From contig CAVRJG010000024.1 in the NCBI GenBank assembly GCA_963721455.1, positions 1-14,530 of the forward strand: a stretch of 14,530 nucleotides of DNA. The letters run 5' to 3'. The stretch comes from an uncultured Methanosarcinaceae archaeon (GTDB lineage: Archaea; Halobacteriota; Methanosarcinia; Methanosarcinales; Methanosarcinaceae). The translations under genes were made by a program, and so were the position numbers. The notes under the pieces are model-generated. The model saw only the letters and a program-made list of their open reading frames with translations, made no database searches and was not told the origin of the DNA. Positions 7,674-14,530 of this stretch are shown here, one piece after another (within the stretch, counting starts at the first letter, position 1; the number at the start of each line of letters is the position of its first letter).

Positions 7674-7757
7674 TTGGTTGACGTTGAAATGTTTAATGAA
7701 ATCAATTATTTTAACCGCGTTGCTAATTTTTTTGCTGGAGTAAATTATTTAGAATGA
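7674..7757 (+). CDS. Candidate 27-aa small protein MVDVEMFNEINYFNRVANFFAGVNYLE (below ORF-track cutoff)
   Basis: AAAAAC-GATATATAAT BRE/TATA at about 7625-7640, GGAGAG RBS at 7665-7670, TTG start at 7674 (alternative ATG at 7689), TGA at 7755-7757. Confidence 0.5.
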   Translation: MVDVEMFNEINYFNRVANFFAGVNYLE

Positions 7758-8156
7758 ATGAGCGAAAACGGAAAAATGAAAGAAAAAGAATCTGCCCATA
7801 GTTTACAAGATATCTCTAAAGTATTTTTAAATTTCACTTACCCTCATTATTAGATGAACTGTTATCGTCTTTTTCCACGATTAGATTATCAAAAAGATTG
7901 CTTTGATCTTATTTAAAAGAAATGTAACCGGATGAAAGTGCGGTTTTTTCCGATTTAAAGGAAAGAAATGAATAAAATAAAATCCGGACAGGGGTAGAGA
8001 GTAGAAAAATACGTAAAGTAGATAGCAGCAAGAAAACAAAGCTTGAGAAGACTAAAAATCTGAAAAACAGCTATTTCTTCAAGGTAAATAAACAAAACCA
8101 GAAGTGAATCCGAAAGTATTTATTCTTTAGTTGAAGTATAAGAGGATAAATATTAA

Positions 8157-8174
8157 AAGTAAACAAGTTTACTT
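8157..8174. promoter_or_regulatory. Perfect inverted repeat AAGTAAAC-AA-GTTTACTT, putative transcription-factor site upstream of cobQ
   Basis: 8-bp arms with a 2-bp spacer, about 45 bp upstream of a GAAAA-TTATATAA BRE/TATA at 8214-8226. Confidence 0.45.
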
Positions 8175-8258
8175 GATTTGCATTATCATGAAAAAAATCA
8201 CTGTCAATTTATTGAAAATTATATAAAAATGAGTGTCCGAGCAGAAGGTGTGGTAAAA

Positions 8259-9716
8259 ATGGAAAAGAAAAGCGTCTTGATCCTGGGAACCGCCTCCCAT
8301 GTTGGGAAAAGTTCAGTCGTGACTGCCATATGCAGGATCCTATCAAGAAAGTACAGGGTTGCCCCCTTCAAGGCCCAGAACATGAGCCTGAATTCCTGGA
8401 TCACAAAGGACGGAAAGGAGATAGGAATTGCCCAGGCAATCCAGGCAAAAGCCGCAGGCACCGAGCCCACTGCCGACATGAACCCTGTTCTTCTAAAACC
8501 CAAAGGAGACTGCGTTTCCCAGATAATCCTGCTAGGAGAACCTTATGCTGACAGGAGCGCAGGCCAGTACTACGATTCCATTGAAGAGATGAATGAGGTC
8601 CTTGAAGGGGCTCTCGAAAGGCTTTCCAGGGAACATGATATCATTGTCATGGAAGGGGCTGGTGGGGCTGCCGAAATCAATCTCTACGAAAGAGATATTG
8701 TAAATGTCGGCACTGCAAGGCTTACGCAGGCTCCGATAATCCTTGTCGGGGATATAGAAAGGGGAGGCGTTTTTGCAAGCCTCTACGGCACAATTGCACT
8801 TCTGCCTGACGATGTACGGAAAAACGTCAAAGGGTTTATTATCAATAAGTTCAGGGGCGACCTGGAAATCTTGAAACCCGGCCTGAAACAGCTTGAAGAA
8901 AAGACCGGAATTCCGGTACTTGGAGTTCTTCCTTACTTCAAGCTTAATATCCCCTCTGAAGATTCGGTCTCGCTTGAAGATAAAGAAGGCATGAAAAACG
9001 AAAAGGATATCGAGATCGCAGTCATCCGCCTACCCAGGATTTCTAACTTCACGGACTTCGAGCCTCTGGAAGGGCTTGCTAAAATTCGCTATGTGGATCT
9101 TGACGAAGAACTCGGAACCCCGGACGCGATCATGATCCCGGGCACAAAAAATACGGTTAACGACCTGCTTGACCTTAAGGCAAGCGGCATGGCCGGGAAA
9201 ATCCAGGCTTTTAAAGGAAAAATTCCGATTTTCGGGATCTGCGGCGGCTACCAGATGCTGGGCAGGACAATTTTTGATTCTGGAATTGAAAACGGAGTCG
9301 AAGCAGAATTCGAAGGCCTCGGGCTTCTGGATATAGGGACAAAGTTCGGAGCATACAAAAAGAAAACAATCCAGGTCACGAAAAAAGTGAATGCATACGG
9401 CCCGATACTGGCTCCCATAGACGGGGAGGAGATAAAAGGGTATGAAATCCATATGGGCGTCACCGATTCCCGGCGCAACGTATTCGGGGACGACGGTGCA
9501 ATTGACGAGGACGGCCTGGTAATTGGCACTTACCTGCACGGGCTTTTTGACAACAGAAATGTAAGAGATGCCCTTATGCAGTACCTCTTCGAGAAAAAAG
9601 GGCTTGAGTACAGGCCTGAAAATGTCATGACCGAAAACGACGCCTACGAAGAACTCGCAAATATGGTCGAGCGGAATCTTGACATGAAAAAAATCTACGG
9701 GATAATAGGGGTCTGA
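8259..9716 (+). CDS. cobQ: Cobyric acid synthase (CobQ/CbiP)
   Basis: GTASHVGKS, PFKAQNMSLNS, MNPVLLKP, EGAGGAAE, GDIERGG, SNFTDFEPL, GICGGYQMLG (glutamine amidotransferase Cys), GYEIH, GTYLHGLF. Start placed at ATG 8259 with an AGGTG RBS rather than TTG 8178. Confidence 0.96.
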   Translation: MEKKSVLILGTASHVGKSSVVTAICRILSRKYRVAPFKAQNMSLNSWITKDGKEIGIAQAIQAKAAGTEPTADMNPVLLKPKGDCVSQIILLGEPYADRSAGQYYDSIEEMNEVLEGALERLSREHDIIVMEGAGGAAEINLYERDIVNVGTARLTQAPIILVGDIERGGVFASLYGTIALLPDDVRKNVKGFIINKFRGDLEILKPGLKQLEEKTGIPVLGVLPYFKLNIPSEDSVSLEDKEGMKNEKDIEIAVIRLPRISNFTDFEPLEGLAKIRYVDLDEELGTPDAIMIPGTKNTVNDLLDLKASGMAGKIQAFKGKIPIFGICGGYQMLGRTIFDSGIENGVEAEFEGLGLLDIGTKFGAYKKKTIQVTKKVNAYGPILAPIDGEEIKGYEIHMGVTDSRRNVFGDDGAIDEDGLVIGTYLHGLFDNRNVRDALMQYLFEKKGLEYRPENVMTENDAYEELANMVERNLDMKKIYGIIGV

Positions 9717-10329
9717 AAAATACAGGCATCGGGATGTTCAGATGCTGCAAGGCAGAACACCTGATTAAACTTATTTTTAAAAAAGTATTGAGCGTAAAAA
9801 GAGGTATTGAGCGGTTTCAGGAGAACATTGGGAATAGTCGGAACTAAAAACCTATATTATTGGGGGTAAAGTACAGTATTCGCGGAGGGTATAATCGGCC
9901 TCCAGAAACCACTCAATAATAAATGATTTATTGCTAATTATTTATGCATTGTGAATTTGTTCTATTATAGTTTCGAATTTAAATATTTATGTTCAACTCC
10001 CCTTGGACCTCTAAGCGAAAAGGATACCTGCACCCTGTTTATTTCCTGTTTTCCTCACTTCAATGATTCTAACTAACTATACTTTATAGACCATCGCGCA
10101 CGAGAAATTCCCAATTCTAGTACCACAATCAAGAAAAAGACTTAAATACGGGAAAAGCAGCACCCGAGTTTCCTTTGTACCATTACTTATGAAAAGCGCC
10201 GGCTCTGGTTTTAGCCCACCGCAACTTCTGTAGTGACGAGAAACACCGAAGACAAGGAAAGATTTAACCCTGTAAATCAATCCGCTTTGCCGGGTGAAAA
10301 GCAGTTTCACTTACCTATAAATTACCCCT

Positions 10330-10473
10330 CTTGAGCGAATAAAAAAAGATATCTTGCCCGTAAATTCAGCCCTTTTGAGCTCAAGTGGCGCAACGCTTGA
10401 CCAAAACCATTGCGCCGTTTTATCACGCCATAATACATCGTTTTCGCTCAAGCCTTTTTTGAAAAGGCTTGCG
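10330..10473. repeat. Interspersed inverted-repeat (MITE/REP-like) element of the type seen in Methanosarcina
   Basis: CTTGAGCGAA (10330-10339) and TTCGCTCAAG (10443-10452) form an inverted pair; internal GGCGCAA/TTGCGCC stem (10387-10416); terminal hairpin CAAGCCTTTT-TTG-AAAAGGCTTG (10449-10471). Confidence 0.7.
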
Positions 10474-10475
10474 TT

Positions 10476-11456
10476 TCAGAACATACGGACTTGCCTGCCA
10501 AGCTTCTTGCTGACAGCCCTCTCATAAACCAGATGCGCGCTTGCAACGTCCTGAATGGCAAGGCCAGTTGAGTCGAAGATCGTAATTTCCTCCTCACTTG
10601 TCCTGCCTGGTTTCAGGCCGGTGATCACTTCGCCGAGCTGGGCATGAATATCATTCTCCGAAATGTAGTGCTTGGAGAGAGGAACGTTTACTTCTCCTGA
10701 ATGGAGTGCCTGGACAATATCGTCCACAACGATCTTTGAGCGGATTAAAAGTTCGGGGTCAAGTTCTTCTTTTCCCACAGCATCGGCCCCTATTGCGTTT
10801 ATGTGAGTGCCTTCTTTGATCCACTGGGCCTTTACGATCGGTTTTCTGGTCGGAGTGGTCGTGACAAGGATATCGCAGTTGCAGACCTTCTCAATGCTTT
10901 CTTCGTAACGTATTTCGCAGGGGGTAACACCTGCCATCTCCAGGATAAACCGTTCACAGCTCTCTTTTGTCCTTGAAGTGATTCTTACCAGTTCAGGCTC
11001 AAAAACCTCGACGAGAGCTTCGAGCTGTGTCTTTGCCTGGTTTCCGACCCCGATAATACCGATAACCTTTGAGTCCTTTCTTGCCAGGTATTTTGCGGCA
11101 ATCCCTCCTGCGGCCCCGGTCCGGATATCGGTCAGGTAGGTTCCGTCCATAATTGCTACAGGAGCGCCTGTTTCCGGGGAAATGAGGATGATCAGCGCCA
11201 TTACAGTGGGAAGCCCGCGGTCCGGGTTCCCGGGGTGGACGTTTACGATCTTCACGCCAGTGATATTCTCTTCTTCAAGATATGCAGGCATTGTCCGCAG
11301 GTCTCCGTTGTAAGCCGTATAGTAAAGATAGGATTTGGGAGGCATCTGCACCCTTCCAAGCCCGTGCTGCCTGAAAGCTCTTTCCACTACCTGCATATCA
11401 GAATGCATATCCATAACACTTTTTACTTCGTCCTGAGCCAGCCACAATAATTCCAT
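10476..11456 (-). CDS. ala: Alanine dehydrogenase (archaeal, ornithine cyclodeaminase/mu-crystallin family)
   Basis: VQMPPKSYL, GDLRTMPAYL, GVKIVNVHPGNP, LTDIRTGAAG, GTHINAIGAD, FDSTGLAIQD. GGAGG RBS at 11469-11465. Confidence 0.88.
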   Translation of the reverse strand: MELLWLAQDEVKSVMDMHSDMQVVERAFRQHGLGRVQMPPKSYLYYTAYNGDLRTMPAYLEEENITGVKIVNVHPGNPDRGLPTVMALIILISPETGAPVAIMDGTYLTDIRTGAAGGIAAKYLARKDSKVIGIIGVGNQAKTQLEALVEVFEPELVRITSRTKESCERFILEMAGVTPCEIRYEESIEKVCNCDILVTTTPTRKPIVKAQWIKEGTHINAIGADAVGKEELDPELLIRSKIVVDDIVQALHSGEVNVPLSKHYISENDIHAQLGEVITGLKPGRTSEEEITIFDSTGLAIQDVASAHLVYERAVSKKLGRQVRMF

Positions 11457-11657
11457 AATATAAACCTCCAGCCGGAGCCATAAGCTAGCCCACGGCTGAA
11501 AACAACCTTATATTGAATAGAACCGGAACAAAAATCGCCAGAGGCAAATAGACTGCCGGATATCACGCATTGTTATTTTTATTTGCGCAAATATGTATAT
11601 ATAACATATATCTCCACTCATTTAAAGAACTTCCTTCCTAAAAGGAGACAACTATGC

Positions 11658-12368
11658 ATGAGAAGTATGCATGATAATTCGGTTGATTTTTCCGGCCTTT
11701 ATCTAAAAGAAAAATTGCTCAAGCCTGCCCGGGATATCCGGAGCATACTCCGATGGGGCTACCCTAAATTTGCAACTATCCGTTTCGTCGCTGACCATTT
11801 CCAGCTCAGGGTAGAAGAGCGGCATATCCTCACAAGGGTAATTATGCCCCCGGACAGAGTAGTTTCCAGGATTAATAAAAAAGTGGCCTGTACAGGCATA
11901 AAGGATAGGAACCTTCTCCTTGATGGATATAATGTCCTCCTGAGTGTGGATAGCCTGCTAAAAAAGGAACCCATGTGGTCCTGTGATGACGGGTACATAA
12001 GAGATACCCGCTACTATTTCAGCAAAGCAAAACAGGCCGAAGACATCGAAGAAGCCCTTGATACTATACTTAAATTTCTTTCCGAAGCCGGCCCAAAATC
12101 AGCCGTTTTTCTCTTTGACGCCCAGATCAGCAAGAGTGGGGAGCTTGCAGGTTTCATCCGCCGCAAACTGAAAGAACACGGGATTTCAGGAGAGGCTAAA
12201 ACTTCAAAAACCACTGATTTCGAACTGAAAACAGGCGGCGGAAATCCGGAAAATAACATGATCGTAGCAACTTCCGATGGAATTGTTATAGATTCAGTCC
12301 TGCAGGTACTGGACATCCCTGCCTGCCTGATGGAAAAAATGGGAATTGAGCCGGTCAGGCTGTATTAA
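11658..12368 (+). CDS. DUF434-domain protein with predicted PIN/NYN-like fold
   Basis: LRWGYPKFATIRFVADHFQL..ER..L.R N-terminus, LLLDGYNVL, DDGYIRD, FLFDAQISKSGELA, VATSDGIVID. In-frame starts at 11658 or 11667; TTG 11583 is less likely. Confidence 0.82.
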   Translation: MRSMHDNSVDFSGLYLKEKLLKPARDIRSILRWGYPKFATIRFVADHFQLRVEERHILTRVIMPPDRVVSRINKKVACTGIKDRNLLLDGYNVLLSVDSLLKKEPMWSCDDGYIRDTRYYFSKAKQAEDIEEALDTILKFLSEAGPKSAVFLFDAQISKSGELAGFIRRKLKEHGISGEAKTSKTTDFELKTGGGNPENNMIVATSDGIVIDSVLQVLDIPACLMEKMGIEPVRLY

Positions 12369-12372
12369 TTTG

Positions 12373-13425
12373 TTACCAGGCACTCCGCTTAAAGAATTCT
12401 GCCTGCCTGTAGATTTCTTCGGCTTCTGCATACTGCCCTTTTTCTTTTAACAACTCCCCATATCCATGCAGGGTTCCGAAGTGCCCTGGGTCAAGCTCAA
12501 GAGCTTTTTTGTACTGGACTTCGGCTTCGTGCCTGTGCCCAAACCTGGCAAGCAGCCTGGCATACTCGCAATGGGCTTCAACGTCTTCAGGGTTCAGTTT
12601 AAGAGCATACCTGAAGTGCACTCTTGCTCCATGGATGAAACCGTGGTCTGCAAGCAAACGGGCATAGAACAGATGAGGTTTTGGATTTTCAGGGTCTGCC
12701 TTGAGGGCTGTTATGTAATATCTTTCGGCTTCAAGAGGCTCTCCTTTTTCTTCAAGAAAACGGGCATAACGGAAATTGGATTCCACGTGGTCAGGGTCAA
12801 GTTCAAGAGCCCGAATGTAGTGATAATTTGCTTCGGTTTTTTGCTCGCGTTTGGAAAGCAGAATCCCATACCTGCAGTGGGTGCTCACATGCATGGGGTC
12901 AAGCATCAGGACTCTATGGTATGCTTCTTCGGCTTCATCCATTCTTTTGAGCCTGTAAAGCAGGCAGCCGTAATTGCAGAGCGTATCGACATGGGAAGGA
13001 TGAAGTTTCAGGGCTTTCTCGTACTGAATCCGAGCAGCATCCAGTTTTCCTGTTCTGGCCAGAACAGTCCCATATCCACAGAGGGCTTCGATATTTACAG
13101 GGTTTTCTTCGAGCAACTCTTCGAATTCCCGCGCAGCAAGTTCCTCAAATCCAAGCAGAAAAGCTGTTTTTCCTGCCTCCATAAGGGCGTCTTCCCGCAC
13201 CTTTCCTGAGAACAGTGAAGTGCAAGCCCTGGAAATTACATATTTCTCTCTGTACATCCGATCTTTATCAAAAATAATAGAGAGTTTCAGCAGGATATCC
13301 CGGGAAAGCAAATGCTCATTTGAGAAGGAAACGACAAACTCTATGACCTTATCGAGATCACAGTTATCTGTTGCAACCTGTTCGATTACACGAAAAACCA
13401 GCTTGTCTACAGCATCAATCTCCAT
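12373..13425 (-). CDS. Tetratricopeptide-repeat protein
   Basis: About seven 34-aa repeats (YG.LL...G....A...Y..AL.L.P). Start placed at ATG 13425 (MEIDAVDK) with an AGGAGG RBS at 13440-13435. Convergent with DUF434, 4-nt gap. Confidence 0.92.
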   Translation of the reverse strand: MEIDAVDKLVFRVIEQVATDNCDLDKVIEFVVSFSNEHLLSRDILLKLSIIFDKDRMYREKYVISRACTSLFSGKVREDALMEAGKTAFLLGFEELAAREFEELLEENPVNIEALCGYGTVLARTGKLDAARIQYEKALKLHPSHVDTLCNYGCLLYRLKRMDEAEEAYHRVLMLDPMHVSTHCRYGILLSKREQKTEANYHYIRALELDPDHVESNFRYARFLEEKGEPLEAERYYITALKADPENPKPHLFYARLLADHGFIHGARVHFRYALKLNPEDVEAHCEYARLLARFGHRHEAEVQYKKALELDPGHFGTLHGYGELLKEKGQYAEAEEIYRQAEFFKRSAW

Positions 13426-13690
13426 GCATAAAAACCTCCTGAAATTTGCCTCTAAAGTGAATCTATTCGACTGGATATAAAAATTAGCCATATCAAATTG
13501 AATCAAAGAAATTCAAAAAGGTAGAACCTCGTACAGGGTGAAAAAACCGATAAAAATTAAAAATTGGAGGTAAAAAATCGAGAAAACCTGAAAATAAGGA
13601 GGAATTTAAAAATAAAACCCAAAAGAGAGAAAAATGGAAAAAACAAACCCGAAAGACATTCTAGAAAATTGTATCCGGTTTCAAGGCTTC

Positions 13691-13731
13691 TTTCTATCGT
13701 CAACAGTTTTCATTTCTATCGTCAACAGTTT
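13691..13731. repeat. 19-bp direct repeat TTTCTATCGTCAACAGTTT x2, period 22
   Basis: Copies at 13691-13709 and 13713-13731. Confidence 0.85.
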
Positions 13732-13795
13732 ATTCCGGCATCAGTTGTTACGGAATCTCTCCCGGAATTACTCTTAAGCCCTGGTTTCCACTCTT

Positions 13796-14212
13796 TCAGA
13801 CTCTACCCACATGTAAACTGTACCTTGTCTCCACATCATAAGTACCCTTAAGTTCCTCTTCGGTCAGGATTCCTTTTTCTATCAGTTTACTGAGAGTTCT
13901 CCTGTCAACTGATTCGACTATGTCCCAGAGTTTCCTCTTCACAAGATAGGATTTTAGCCTGTTAACCCGCCAGAGCTTCCATTCAACTTTCTGCCGCCTG
14001 AGCTCCACATTTCCAATTCTGAGCACATTGATATCTTTTTCCATCAGGGTATTGAGAATATGAGTTCTCAACTCCTCCCGCCGCTTTTCCAGAATGGATA
14101 TCGCAGAAACAAGCTCATCGTATTCAAGCACAACATCGGTCAGGTCCATGTCTTCAGGGTCCTGCTCACTGATATCAAGTTCCACTATCCCACACTCCCA
14201 TTGATATCCCAT
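13796..14212 (-). CDS. Hypothetical protein with N-terminal coiled coil (129-138 aa)
   Basis: Heptad segment LEYDELVSAISILEKRREELRTHIL; C-terminal VDRRTLSKLIEKG. The true start may be GTG 14185 with GGAGTG upstream. Confidence 0.8.
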   Translation of the reverse strand: MGYQWECGIVELDISEQDPEDMDLTDVVLEYDELVSAISILEKRREELRTHILNTLMEKDINVLRIGNVELRRQKVEWKLWRVNRLKSYLVKRKLWDIVESVDRRTLSKLIEKGILTEEELKGTYDVETRYSLHVGRV

Positions 14213-14228
14213 TGATATCCCATTGATA
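14196..14228. repeat. 11-bp perfect tandem repeat TCCCATTGATA x3 overlapping the start region of the upstream-most gene
   Basis: Copies at 14196, 14207 and 14218. Each contains a minus-strand ATG. Confidence 0.9.
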
Positions 14229-14530
14229 TATATGTTGTAAACAAAGGTTTTATAATTCCGCTTTTATTGCCTGGACTTTTAATTTGATCCTACATTCGGC
14301 AGCAAGCACATTCTAACATCTAAATATCCTTAATTGTTATTTTTTGTAGGTTCACTTAAAAACCAATATCATACGGACTATATATCCAACACGATTTGAC
14401 ATTTACCTCATTTATCACAAATATATATTAATTATGTTATGGTTAACATTTAGTAATTTTTGATTCAAATTGAATTTCAAAAGTTCTGAAAAAAACGATA
14501 TGAACAGAAAAATTGAATGGATTTTTATGT

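Noticed and set aside
7760-8258. Cobalamin riboswitch upstream of cobQ
   Set aside because: Very AT-rich, with no B12-box or GGGAA/GCCACTG-type core found.
8219-9539. Minus-strand ORFs inside cobQ
   Set aside because: Antisense shadows.
10077-10310. 77-aa minus-strand ORF ending in TAG (possible amber readthrough)
   Set aside because: No recognisable motif; readthrough meets another TAG and then TGA within about 30 codons.
11235-13851. Antisense ORFs over ala, DUF434 and TPR (including 12466-13209) and 13564-13851
   Set aside because: Shadows of supported genes; 13564-13851 is low-complexity A-rich intergenic sequence overlapping a direct repeat and the next gene.

Overview
Housekeeping-rich archaeal window, inferred to be from a Methanosarcina-type methanogen. 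The basis is archaeal Trm56, AMP phosphorylase and OCD-family alanine dehydrogenase, TATA-box promoters, AT-rich spacers with short tandem repeats, and a CGCTCAAGCCTTTTTTGAAAAGGCTTG-type interspersed repeat. Genes from left to right: UPF0210/DUF711 protein (not in the ORF track, cut at the left edge) with its ACT-domain partner, a bacterial-type shikimate-kinase-like P-loop kinase, a membrane hypothetical, trm56, AMP phosphorylase, two small hypotheticals, cobyric acid synthase, alanine dehydrogenase, a DUF434 PIN/NYN-like protein, a TPR protein and a coiled-coil hypothetical. I see no CRISPR array, transposase, tRNA/rRNA or convincing pyrrolysine readthrough, and I cannot demonstrate a complete new multi-gene system. 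Best leads: (1) the shikimate-kinase-like gene lacks a key shikimate-binding Arg and is preceded by a structured, C/D-like leader RNA; (2) a multi-hairpin sRNA or leader at about 3461-3626 carries both an anti-SD and a looped SD; (3) an unannotated 27-aa ORF at 7674-7757 has its own promoter and RBS and a repeated N-[YF]-[FL] motif. All family assignments come from recalled motifs, not database searches.
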